Below are positions 50,935 to 64,000 of a stretch of 64,000 nt of DNA, piece after piece. The translations under genes and the position numbers were made by a program. The notes beneath the pieces were generated by a model. That model did not search any database. It worked only from the letters and a program-made list of their open reading frames with translations, and was not told the origin of the DNA. Origin of the DNA: Epiperipatus broadwayi (Eukaryota > Animalia > Onychophora); assembly GCA_028023455.1 (NCBI GenBank), contig JAQFVV010000001.1:9362001-9426000 (forward strand), read 5' to 3'. Position 1 is the stretch's first letter. Each line of letters starts with the position of its first letter.

Positions 50935-53900
50935 CACATATAGGCAACCTCCGGCCCCCGGGACAGATCCGGCCCTTTAAGACTTTTAATCCGGACCCCC
51001 CACTAATCTATTTCAGCCATGTTTGATTTTGATTGTCAAATTTTTGAATAGAGTCTAGCTAGAGTTATGTTTGATTTTTACTTTTTGTGCAATTAAATAA
51101 TTATGTTGTTTAATAAATTTATATTTTATATCTTTATTTAAGTCTTTTAATGATTAAAATTTAAAAAACTAAAATTATTAATATTTTACAATAGTGCAAA
51201 TAAATGTGAAAATGAAGTTTTTGGCAATAACAAAAAAGCATGTCTTAATTAGCTGCAAGGAACGTATTGAAGCTGGTATTTTTCTGCCAGCTCATATTCA
51301 TAAGCACATATATATATTATTAAAATCGCGTATATATTATTTTATAATAAAACTATACTAAAAATAAATAATAAAACTTCATTTTTTTAAAAGGGAATTT
51401 TAAAAGTTTTGAAATCAATTAAATCGAGATTAAAAAAAAAAAAAGAAGGGGAAAAACAAAACATAAGATCTTGCAGGTTTTTTTTATTTTATAAAGGTTT
51501 GTCTTTTGTTTTATTTTTAATTATTATAAATTCTTAAAGATAGAAGGAGGAAGAAAGTACAATATAGAATTTTTCTGCAATTAGCTCTATTGTTGAAACT
51601 TTGAGAGTGGAGGTATTTTTGTGCTATCTATTACGCTCATCAGTTTGGAATGTTTCCTCAGGATTATAAGTAACATTGCAAAAAAAAAAAAAAAACTATA
51701 AATTATGGGATTGTCTTTTTTTTGAGATTAATTGGAATTTTTCTGAAGTTAGTGACTCGTCAAACCACGACCGACATAGGATGAAATACTTCTCCCACAG
51801 GACCATCACTGATCGATCAGGATAGCTATAAACTGTTACTAAGTGAACTTTGATTTCATTTTGCGTAATAGAAATAGATATATACTATTAAGTGTCTTAA
51901 ATGTTTCAACAATAGACTGTGGGATTATTGCTGGGAATTTTATTATATTATGTTAAATTAGTTAAAACAAAGGTAGTGGTTTAAACTCATATATGTTTTA
52001 TTTATATGCATTTTATTATAATTCATGTGTGAATCAGATTAGATTTTTCCTAATAATGTTAATTGCTCGATCTTGAAAGATCAATGAAAAGAATATTAAT
52101 TAAATAATTTGCACTGTATTTTTTTTTTTTAAAATGATAATGTTTGCGTTTAATTTAAGCTTGTATTTGTTCTTTATATATATATATAAAAGATTCGAGT
52201 CAATTGGGAATGCTATAGGAAAAGAGAATATGTTTTTTTTTAATTGAAACTGAATATAATGAAATCTATTAAATGTCATATTTGAGTGTCCCTGCTTAAT
52301 CTGGTTTAGTAATTTAATTCAGTGTACATTTGGCTGAAATAAATTCGCGTAAGATTACCTTTTAAAAATATATATTTGGTGATTGCCATATTTGCGTAAT
52401 CTTTGAAAATTTACGAACCAAGTTAAAATGTTGTGGCACAGAATAAAATATTAAAAATTTATAACATTAAAAAAATAATACATTTATACTTAATTATCAT
52501 CAAAGAAACAAAAAAATTTATAAAAGTTAATAAATTATATATTAAAAAATTATTCCCTATTGATTTTGCAAAAGCAATTTTTGTAAAGCCAGAAATGGCG
52601 ATTTCTGCTTTTTCATATATTTTCTATGAGCAATCTTTATTAAAAGAAAATATTTTCAAAGACAATTCCCTATTAGTAATGTACTTTTTGGTTTAATAAT
52701 AAATGCTTTACAAAAATATGTCATAATCATTAGCAATTACTGAAAATCACCTTTTTTTGTCTTATTTAGCTCCTCTCAGAATTAATATTTTGAATAGTTA
52801 AGCTGACATCATATGACACTGCAAAACACAACTTGTTTTCTCTCATCAAGATCTCTTTCTCATTTTGACTAACAGTGTGTGAACATGTTTCACTGTGTCA
52901 TTTTGATAGTTGCATTGGGGTTGTGCCTTGTTCAGTGCAAGCATTTATATTGTTTTCTGTTCAGTATCTGCAGTGTTAAAAACAGCTTTGTTTGACAGTT
53001 CTGAATATATAGCTTTGAAATTTAGAACAATGTTAGGGAATAACTAAAAAAAAAGGAAGAAAAGTAGATACAGAGGATCATCAATTTTAAGATAGCTGAA
53101 CAGATAAGTACTATTTTATTCTGAATAAAGGTTTGCCTATATGTTTTCTGTGCAGTGAATCCATATCAGTCGACAAAGAATACAACTTGAAGGAACACTT
53201 TACTTCAAAACATGCAGATCACCAAAAAATTGATGGACAACTATGAAAAGATGAAATAGAGAAATTGAAGAACTTGGATACCCAGCAGAAAATGTTCACC
53301 AGGTAATAAATGCAGCATGGAAGTATCGTGAATGCCAGCTTTGTGTTAAATAAAAAATTTGCTAAGCATTCTAAATCATTTGGTGAAGGAGAATTTATCA
53401 AAGAATGTCTGTTGAATGTTGCAAGTATAATATGTCCTGAAAAAAAAAGATTTTGAGAATATTAGTTTGTTGAAATGTACTGTTGTCCGGTGGATAGAAA
53501 TCATGGCTGTTGATATTCAAAATGTTTAAAAGAGAAGATTGCTAGATTCAAAGCATTTTCAATTGCTTTGGATGACAGCACTGATGCCTCTAATACAGCA
53601 CAACTAGCAATATTTATTCAGGGAGTTGACATGGATTTAATATCACAAAAGAATTTTACTTTGGCTCTAAAACAGACAATTACTGGTGAAGATATATTTG
53701 AAGAAGTCAAGACAGTCTTCAATATTTTTGGGCTTAAATGGAGTTCACTATCTGGCATATGCACTGATGGAGCTCCTGCAATGGTTGGTGCATGAAAGGG
53801 ATTTATTGAAATAGTTCATGAAAAAGTAACAAAATTACAGATCCATCTGAAAAATTTAACAAATTTTCATTGCATTATTCACTAACAAAATATGTGTAAA

Positions 53901-54944
53901 ATCAATTAAATTTATAAATGTTATGGAAGTTGTAGTAGCCAGTATTAACTTTATTAAGTCACATGTACTTAATCACTGCAATTTAAGGAATATTTGGCAG
54001 ACTTATTTTCAGATTATGAAAATGTGTCTTATTGTGAAGTGAGGTGGTTGAGTAAAGGTAAAAAGTTAAAATGATTTATGATCTGAGACAGGACAGCAGA
54101 TTTTATGAACATAAAAGGAAAAACAATTAACCAAGTAAGAGATGATGAGTGGGTGTTTGATTTAGCATTCCTTGTAGATGTCATTGGATACCTAAATTAA
54201 AATCTTAAATTGCAAAAACCAGGACAATTGATTCATGAACTGTATGGACATGTCAGTGCTTATTGTAATAAAATAAAATTGTTGGAAAGTCAGATAAGAG
54301 CTAAAAATTGTTACCATTTTCCTACTCTAGCAACTCATAAAATATCCCTTATAATTGTTATGAAAATGAACTGAAGACATTAATAGAGCAATTTGATACA
54401 AGGTTCACTGACTTCCAAAATAAAGACTCCATATTCACTATATTTTCTGATCCAATGGATACTGATATAAATAATGTGCCAGAAAATTTACAGATGGAAC
54501 TTATTGAGGTTTAAGCAGATTTAGTGTTAAAATTACAGTTTAACAACATTGCTTTAATGAATTTTTATCAACATTTGTTGGAAGAAAAATATAGAAATGT
54601 AGTGCCTTTTCAAAAAGAATTTTGTCTTGTTGGCAGCACATATATGTGTGAAGTTTTTTTCTAGAATGAAATTTAATAAATCAAAAATTTGGACAAGAAT
54701 AACTGACAAAACCTTGAAAATTCTATGTGATTGTTCTTAAGCAGTATTCCCATCAACATTGATAGTCTCATTGTTGAAGTATAAGACTAATCCTCGCATT
54801 AAATTGTTACATCATTATTATAAAATTTATGTAGCCCTTTATCATTCACTATTATATTGTACTATTTAATTATTTGGTCTGGCCCTTGACTCGAAGACAA
54901 AAAGATAATTTGGCCCCTGAACTAGGAAAGGTTGCCCATGTCTG
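50935..54944 (+). mobile_element. Full-length-boundary hAT DNA transposon (SPIN/Charlie/GTF2IRD2-like transposase, disrupted)
   Basis: 16-bp TIRs CACATATAGGCAACCT / AGGTTGCCCATGTCTG and a perfect 8-bp TSD ATTTAAAT (50927-34, 54945-52), with subterminal CGGCCC repeats. Transposase remnants at ~53040-54790: GEGEFIKECL, ALDDSTDASNTAQLAIF, TDGAPAMVG, HCIIH, EVRWLSKG. Confidence 0.95.
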
Positions 54945-55449
54945 ATTTAAATGATAGAAGTATAACAGAATTTTCTGTATATTTTTCTAAATAAATTTTT
55001 AGTCAAGATGTAACGAAGCAAATTTCTATTATTTAATTATTTTTAAAACATTTAAAAAATAATAAGTATGGGATATAAAATATTACATTGACAACAAAGA
55101 TTAATAAAAATAAAAGAATTAGGGGATCATTAAGCCAGAAAGTGCATTATAATGTTAATTTGAACAGGTTTTTAATGTTTGGTTTTATTTACTAGATACT
55201 CATTTTTGAACCAATATTGTATGATTCTCTGAATTGGGTTTAGGTAGCTACATAATATGAAATCTAAATCTGATTGCATTCTGACTAGAAATCAAACCTA
55301 GTTTTATGTTTAATAAATTATTTAATTTTGCAAATGAACATACAACAGTTATTCATAAATTAGTATGGTTCTTCAAATTTCAAGAAGAAAAATATATATA
55401 AACTACTCTAGACATAAGTTTTGCAATAGAACATGCTGATACAATTTTC

Positions 55450-57130
55450 CATTTTCAGAAAAAAATTTCTTCAAAAGAGTTAAAAGACAGCTTTGCAAAT
55501 TTCAAATAATAATTCAACACTATGACTTATTATAGGTCTCCAATGCATTTCATTCTCTGCTCATAAAAGCAATCAACATTTCACTTTTTTAAAATATTTT
55601 TAGAATTGTGAAAAAAAAATCACTATAACATAAACCTGATTTATTCATTCTATAAAAACCATAATCAGGTTCATCATAAAATATCATCAAGGAAGTCTTG
55701 TATTGTATATTTATTTTGCATGTCCAATCCAACAAAGGTGTGATTTTACAGTAACCCTATAACATCACATCCAGAAATTTGAAAAAAAAAAACATATTGA
55801 TTGTTTTTATAATATTGCCATTGAATTTTTAAAATTTTACACAACATGCTTGAAAGAAACTTTTCTAATGCTTTTATAGTGCATTGACAAGGTATCCACA
55901 TTTTATTTCTATACAATAAATTAGTTAAAGTAGTAGTTCAATATACAGCTAATTTATTTATAATGTATTTTATCTTTAACTTTTTAAAAACTGCAGCAAC
56001 ATTGAAGTCTCTGAATATACCTTTCTGCATATGAAACTATCAAAACATGTCAAGCATTGTTAGCTGAGAGGTCAGCACAGCCACCTTGCAAACAAGCAGT
56101 TGGTTGCAGACTGTTGTTGCAAGTTTGCCTCCTGTCCAATGCTATGACATATGAAAAAAAAAACTATCAAAACATTTAAATAGCTTAGCATTTTCAAATG
56201 ACAACATCCAAATTAGAAAGTTATGTTTTCTGTCTCTGGCAGATGATAGAGAAGTTTAATTATTAAATCCAAATGTTAAGATATTGCACTCATAATATGA
56301 ATTACATTCCGTACATTGTCTATTGAATGGGCAAAAATAGCACATCATGAGCATATTATCAATCAAAAATGTAAAAAGATAAAGATCTTGAATCCATTTT
56401 TAATTGGTGCAAATTAAAAATTTTAATCAAATCTCTGTCACATCTTAATCCCTGCTTTATTAAGTCATCTATAAGCAGGTCTGAAGACTATTATCATAAA
56501 TATTAAAAACAATATTTGAATAAGTATACTCATTTGTTTAATTTGTTTTCATTTCAAATGCCTCATATTTTCCACCTATAATAATAATGCATTCTCTCAT
56601 TTGAGCATCTGTATAATATGCATAAACTTTGAAGCAAATAACACATTTCAAATGATGCCATAAACTTGTTAGATTGATTGAATTAAAGATCTTAAGAAAA
56701 TCAAGAGAGTATGATATAAATAATTTTTTGTTCAGAACACTTGTTTTGCATTTACCTGGCAGCATAAACAAGATCTGTAGTGCTTCTTGATTCTCCAATC
56801 CCACAATGACTCTCTGGAAACTATTCTTCTATAACTGGAAGCAACATATTTAATAAAATGCCTGATCATAGTGGATAATAATAATATTTTATAAAAATTA
56901 TTGTAATCTTGTCTATTTCATTTACTTTTAAAAACTGAAATAATGGAAGCAACCTTGATATCAGGTGGCATAATTTCATGATTTTATACATTTGTAAAAA
57001 AAATTCCAGTATATTTAATCCCAGCATGTTTTCAAACTTTGCATATTTCATCAGCTTCTACAGTCCTTTTATTCTTAAGATTATAAAAAGGTATTTTGAA
57101 TTCATTAAGTTGAATATCTTTGTCCAATTT
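55450..57130 (-). mobile_element. Heavily decayed RTE-clade LINE fragment
   Basis: Minus-strand remnants: MPPDIKVASIISVFKSK, FPESHCG...RSTTDLVYAAR*MQNKC.EQ (compare LPESQCGFR...STTDMIF.ARQLQEKC.EQ), YAHD/CAIFAHS, KLAVY...LLYRNKMW, LCKILKIQWQ. Confidence 0.8.
56049..56160 (+). mobile_element. tRNA-Leu(CAA)-like SINE / tRNA retrocopy, copy 2 (nested in the RTE fragment)
   Basis: Homologous to 31464-31575, with an A tail. Perfect 15-bp TSD AAACTATCAAAACAT (56034-48 / 56161-75). Confidence 0.9.
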
Positions 57131-60100
57131 TAAATGAGTAAATAAAATGAGCAAAATAAGGAAGTGTGTTGGAATAATATGAAAAAGGGAGATTAGATAT
57201 TGCAAAATATGGATTGTAATTGGAGCGACCTTTCTCTTGCCATGGATTGATCATAGTTGAAAATAAAGATGGTGTTATATATTGTAATGGGATGTCATAA
57301 GTGTCATTTTACCCTCATTTGATTATCCATTAGTTTAGCGTAATATGTGTAATGAAACAAGCATTTATAGAGATTGAACATGTGTATGGACAAATAAAAA
57401 TAATTTAATCATCAAATACTAGATGCAGTGGAATAATATAAATTATTTCCATCAATATAATTAGGAAATTATATTAAAAGAGTAGAAAATTCATTTTATT
57501 TGCTTATTTCATGTACTCTCTAACATGCTCTTATTATTTCATAGAATTTGAACTCAGGAAGAATATACATGAGTTCTAGTTCAGGGGTATGATTATATCC
57601 TGCTTATATAACAATTATATGTTTGTATGATTTGTTGTAATATGATGAACTATGAAATAAATCATGAATCATGAATACAATTATAATAATTAATGTTTAA
57701 TGAAAATGTGTAAATAACAAACTGTATTCATAATTCAATTTAGCATAATATAAATTACAAAAAAAGGTAAAATAAAATAAATATGATCATCCTTTATTCT
57801 CACATCTTTATTATATATTAAACTATCATTAATATACTATTATGATGGATGATCATTTGTTATCTGATTAAAATAATTCAATGGTATAACATAAAATAAT
57901 TTTTTTCCTTCATTCAAATAGTGATTTATATTTTATAGTGAACTTTCCTATTTCCAGGATGTCATATCACATGGATATAAGTTATAAATATTATTCTTTA
58001 TTTTTAAATCTATTCTTGATGATGTTAACATATGATAGAATAGATCACTTATACCAAAATATTAATCATTCATTCTGAATAACAAAACAAAAGTTTAACT
58101 AATATATTAATTAAAACAAACAAATTACACTTACAATATAACATTATAATTGTCATAATATGTATAACTAAAATGAGATAGAGTAATAAGTCTTACTCTT
58201 TTAGTCTGTAGATAGTCACAATGTTATTAATTTACCTTGAAAACTTTATCTTTACATTTTATTAATAAGAACTTTAATAACTTTAGATTAAAGTTGAATG
58301 ATGCTTGCCCTATGATTAAAAAAAATAAAATAATAAAAAATATGTAAGAGAATCATATATATTTTGCCATTACAATTTAGTCATTAGCTAAATTTGTAGT
58401 AATGTGCATGAAAGAAAATGTGGAACAAAAATCATCATCACATTTTTATATAGTAAAGGAAGCTGTAGAGCACCCAAGTTTAAACCCTACAAGATTCAGT
58501 TCTAAAAGCTTAAGACAGAAAGAGAGTGGGGCAACAGTTATATTCTTTATTTGTTTGTGTGTTGATAAAAAACTCAAAAAGAGTAGTACACATATTTAGT
58601 TATTCAATATTTAATTTTTTTGTTAAAAAATAGAGTAATAACACATATATAGGAAGTGTGTGTGTAAACTATTTAATTATTATTGTATATTTCAAATATT
58701 AAACTCTCTTCAAAGCTAACCTGCATTTGCTAAATTCTAATGTTTTGTTCTGTTTCTATTTTATTATTATATGTTCCTATTCTGTTTATCTATGATTATA
58801 ATTTGGGGTTTAAGAGTTATAGTTTGGGATTTGAAAGTAAAAATTTGATTTTAGATATTAAAATTATAATTTCTAAAAAACATTTAGATTATTGTAATAG
58901 GCCAACTTTATAAATGAGTTGAATAAGTGTGTGTGTACATTACATACATAAATGTACATTTTATTACATATTGAAAAAGAAAAGGAAGATCTGTTAAATT
59001 ATATGTTTTTTTTAAACAATTTTGTTTTTATAAAAGTTGGTTTTCTGTTAAAAACTCAGACAGTTGTGACAGATACATGAGAAAAAAAAGGATTAAGACA
59101 ATTTTTACTTCAAAACAGGATTAATCTGAATAATCGAGATAGTGTGATTTTTATATTTTTCTTTAACCAGCAGATAGAGAAAGTCACACTATCACTCTAA
59201 TTGGGTGAGTTGACTCAAAAAATCAAGTATAAAACCTGTCTGGGAAAAATCAGAGGGAGAGAATTTTTTAAATATTGAAACTAAGAGACAAGCATTTGAT
59301 TCATCAGATATCAATTTTAAAATCTTTTTTTTAATATAAAGTTTTTGAAGATTAAAATATAAGGATGTTGGGCTAGGAAAAATATATAGGTCATCTTGGG
59401 CTTTTCTGGCCCCCAGAGCTAGCACATCATATAGGGAAAAAAAGAATAATAAAAAAGTCTTGTCTGAAATTAAAATATTATACACCTGATGACTGAAAGA
59501 AATGCGATATTTTCAGTAAGAGAAAAGATTCACCTGCATTTGAAAGCTGAAGGAAAATGATTAATCGATTGATAAGTATTAAATCATCTAGTACAAATTG
59601 AATCATCTACTACAAATTGAATCCAGTGACTGAGTTTAAACCCAAGAAAAAGTATAAACCTGAAGACAACTGATATACTTCATCAATTAAAAGAATCATG
59701 CTTAACAGGAAGGGAAGAAAAGTTCCAGTGTCAATATGATTCCCATTAAAGCAAATAACCTCAGTAGAATCATCGCCATCAAATAATTATACACTTAAAG
59801 AGATGGTTCCAAAGAAACACGGAAATTGTTGCTGCCAAAATATAGACATTAAATAAGATAAATTTGAATCATTGGAAGTCACTACCAAAGAATAGAACTG
59901 GTAATATGAATTTTTTATATATATTTTCTTTATGATATCAGAGACTTAGTAAAACTTTAGCAATAAAGTTGTATATTTTCGTTTGTTATCTCAGAACTTT
60001 TAAAACAGCTAAGATCGATTGAAACCAAGAATTTCTTACTAGTGATAACCATAAGCTTCATTAATGATTTTATATGTACTAAAATTATGATTGTCTATTA

Positions 60101-60889
60101 ACCTAAAGTTATGAAATGTTATTGATATGTAAAATATTATTATTTTTTTTTTTGTATTATTATTTTGGTTTTAAATAATCTTTTAGTTTTCATGGGGATA
60201 AACATGCACATACATAATAATACTTGTTGCATATATGTAATTGTGTGTGAATGTAAAATAAGAGGCAGTATTAAAATATTGGATTATTTGTGTTTTAAGT
60301 TAAAGTATAGCATTTCAGAGCTTAGAAGGGAGGGGGAGAAAAAGGTACTTTAAAACTTGTTTCTAACAAACTTGCTCTTTCCAATTTTACTAACATTTAT
60401 TTTTAATCATTTTACTTTACAGGTTAGATTGTAAAAGTATGTGTGCAAAAGAGAAAAAAAGAGTGAATATTTTTTTTTATGAAATATTTTCTTGTGAATT
60501 GAAAACTTTAGCAAACTTAGTATCCAATTTGAAATACATTATATATATTTGACGGGAAAGGGAAGAATTTAAAATTAAAAGTTATGATTTTAAAACAGTC
60601 GATTATGATTATTGTTGTTATTGTTAATATCAATTTTCATGTAGATATAGAAATTTTTATGTATACGTTAGAAATGCAGTAATAAATGTTAATTTGTTTT
60701 ATTAAACAGAGGTGTATATATTTCATTAAGAGTATTTTTTTTATTAGTTGTGATCATTCATCATCAAGGTGAATATTAGCTATTTAAGATTAAATTAGAT
60801 ATACTAAGATTAAGCAATAATTATGAATTTCTTTATAAAAACTAAATTTTATGATTAGGCTTAGTCTTAAAGCTGTGGTTGAAACCATT

Positions 60890-62530
60890 ATCGTTATCAT
60901 TGTCATTATCGTCATCATCATGTTTTACTTAATGAGATAGATAAATGTTTAAAGGCCCATAAATAAATAGTGATTTCATGGTATTTAGTTGACATTTGTG
61001 AATAATTGTAATAACCACCATTCCATCATCTATAACATGCAAGGATGAGTGAATTGCCATCCTGGATTAATGGTATAATCTGAGCTAGTAAAACTTATAA
61101 AGATATTGAAATGCATTTATTATGTTAAGATCTAAGAAATGATTTCTGTCTAATGAATTTTATATACTCCACTTTAGTTTAAAGATGTTTTATGTTTACC
61201 TAAATGTCATTGCATATAGTGATATGGATCTAAAAGCAAAATCCTCCATTTTTATTAGAAATAAAGTACCAAAAAGGGATTCAAACCCAGTACATGTGAG
61301 AGGGTTTTAAGATATAACTGTGTCTAGGTTCAGATAATCTAGTGGTGCCATGCTAGACCATATTCACTTGTTATTTATTTAAATATGCACTTGACATCAA
61401 ACCAATAGATGAAAGTGGATAAAATCTACTGTCTGTATACCTGGGAAGATATTTTATTGAGTTACCAGTGTACTCACCCACTTGATGTTATTTCCTGAAT
61501 TATAATAGTTTGTTCTTAATAATTGTTTATGGTTTTTACTTGTTTATTGATGATACAATGCCTGCCTAACTAGGATTTGAAATAGGCCAGACATCTTAAA
61601 TGACTAGTCTCCAGGCATTATTGTTTTTAATTACTGATATTGTGATATCTTGAGAACTCTAATTATAGAAATATGTTTCATTTAATCCAATGATATTTTA
61701 ATATATTTGTTCAATAACTTATAGCTACTATCCAGGTATAAAATGGTAATATTTATATTTGAATCTTTTCATAGTAAATTTATGTTACAATGGATCTATG
61801 ATCACTGTTTAGTTTAGTTACAATATATATAATATTAATTTGTAATCGAGCCTAAAATTAATTTAGAAATGATTTAGATTGATGAATGGAATAACTTTCC
61901 ACTTTAAGGATTCTTTCTTTCTCATTTTTCAATATGTACACATCCATCTTCGAATGCTGTTGTTTGAAGTATCCAAATTGTGACTTCATTCTATTTCCAT
62001 CTAAGGATTTCCTAAGGTTTGTAGCAATTCATTTTTATTTGATGTTTATCATTGGCAGATGGATTTGATTTTAATTGAAGTTAGATTTGACATTACAAAA
62101 GTATAGTTAACATTCCATTTCCATGATGTTTCTTTCCCTCTAGTTGACCATTGTTAGATAGCCATGTTTGAATGTTATTCAAAATTGCTAATTCTATTGA
62201 AATTTGATAATGTGGTTTTATTTTATATGATTCTATAGATATAATGTAGTAATTGATTTCTTTTAATATTCAGTTTCACTAGGATTACCAGAAAATATTT
62301 TCTTGATGGTATTTGTAAAATGTACTTTTATGTAGGTAAAATCAATCCGTATTGATAAGCAAGGTTTCCTGTTTATTTTCTGAAATTGTTTTCCTCTTTG
62401 GAGATTTGATAATTTTTTGATTGTCATCGAATTGGTTCTGAATAATAGTTCAGAATTTATACTTTACTCCAAACTTTGTGACAAATGAGCATTGTATTTA
62501 AGACTCCCTTTTTAGTTTGGAGTGGAAGGA
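60890..62530 (-). mobile_element. Possible very old non-LTR retrotransposon remnant with a degenerate (GAT)n tail
   Basis: A-rich minus strand with weak motifs LKYNAH (compare GDFNAH), IRIDFT and KYLP..DSR. Degenerate ATC repeats at 60890-60922. Confidence 0.4.
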
Positions 62531-64000
62531 AAAAAAATTATCTTTTCTTTTAATTGTTCAATATATCTTATATACATTGAGTTCACTTTTTCTTGTCTCA
62601 ATCACGATGCCATTTTATTATTTGTATATTCAATGAATGAATTACAGACAAAGATTAAAATTTAACAGTTTATTTTTTTCATTTAATAATTTTAAAGTTT
62701 ATATGTATTTTTTTTACAAGGTGATTATTTACATGTGAATATAGTTAATAAGTCATTAAGTTATAATTTTAAATAACCAATTTGTACACGATTATTAATA
62801 TATAAATTGTAATAATCATTAGTATATTTATCTGAAATGGATGGCGTCAAAGTTGTGAGTGGAGGAGTTTGACAATGGTAAATGAAAATGTAACAGTTTA
62901 CTCTAGGTAAATACTTTGTATATAATAAAGATATATATGAGAGATAGTGACCTGAGCCAATTGATGTGTGCTGGTTCAGCACGAAATGCATCTTAGCGGT
63001 CATTTGTCTTTTATTATATCGTTATTTATATAAATTTAAAAAGAATGAGAAAGTATGGAGTTGTTTATTATAACTATAATATATAAATCAATAATAAAAT
63101 TTATAATGATTTTGTTAACAGTAATATTCAGGATAGGCGGGTTTTGCATTTATATATATATATATATGTGTGTGTGTGTTTTGTGTGAGGCGTTTGACAT
63201 ACTCTCACACTATTTATTAATCAGAAGATTTTCAAAATTTGTAGATGTAAGTATTGACACTTTTAATGAAATTTTATGTGTATTTTTTTAATACTATTAG
63301 TAAATGACTTGATTTCACTTGGCTCTTCCATTTTTAAAATTAGTTACTTCTTTGGTTATCTAAGTATACTGAGAAAAATATTAAAATTTTCATATAAATC
63401 TGAGATGACTTTCTTAGATCTAACTATTATCTTGACAATCTGAGTTTCAAGTTCAAATAATTTTAGAATTTTTTCCAAGGAGAATGTGTGGATTTCTTTG
63501 TTTAGATAGAAAGTCCAAAGTTAAATAACTTATTAACGCAATTATTTCTCACTTAATGACTGCCCATCTATTAATAATTACAAATTACATCAAGAAAAAA
63601 AAAATCATAAACACTCTTAGACTGAAAATGACTAACCTAAAAAATATTACCTATTTTTCTATTTCTTTGTGAAATTATCTGAAGCCAATATTTAACTCGT
63701 TTATGTTTTAGGCAATATCGACATATACAATAACGCTTTCCCACTAATTTTGATCAATATGATAGGACTAATTTATACTACTTATTAATATAAGCAATTG
63801 TAAGAAGTAATTATCCATGATCAAGAGATTTTTATTTTTTGATTAAAGTACTTTTTGGCAAAAAGTATCAGAATATGATGTTTTACTAGTAGTTCACAAA
63901 ACATATATGCTCACACGTATATGTATGTTCACATACATAAATACTTATAGTATATTTAATAACATTTAACAAAAGAGCGTAATAAAAAAATAATTTTAAT

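Noticed and set aside
59486-59520. CTGATGA followed by a CTGAAA/TTTCAG stem
   Set aside because: No GAAA directly after the stem and no stems I or III, so it is not a hammerhead fold.
1542-63291. Most 60-130 aa ORFs in the supplied track (e.g. 1542, 8218, 21710, 41018, 43616, 52433, 63055)
   Set aside because: They are I/Y/F/L/K-rich translations of AT-rich or microsatellite DNA, or antisense to TE ORFs, often with non-ATG starts and no recognisable domains.

Overview
Very AT-rich eukaryotic (animal, probably invertebrate) genomic DNA that is mostly a graveyard of decayed transposable elements. I see no prokaryotic genes, CRISPR array, rRNA or complete recognisable host gene. Retroelements I can support are: two RTE-clade LINE fragments (16.8-18.6 kb +, 55.5-57.1 kb -), an L1/Tx1-type LINE (34.3-40.4 kb), a Penelope-like element with RT and GIY-YIG remnants (40.5-43.3 kb), and two copies of a tRNA-Leu-like SINE with 15-bp TSDs. 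DNA transposons are: a hAT element with TIRs and a perfect 8-bp TSD (50935-54944), a deleted mariner, a decayed Chapaev3/CMC-type transposase, and several foldback MITE-like elements. The most interesting signals are three hammerhead-ribozyme-like cores (two as an inverted 173-bp pair bracketing about 7 kb, one in the loop of a long hairpin), a CpG-rich island with candidate minus-strand exons at 43.7-45.6 kb, and a repeated palindromic architecture around (TA)n tracts that may be an assembly artefact. Nothing here demonstrates a new biological system. All calls come from manual translation and alignment, without database searches.
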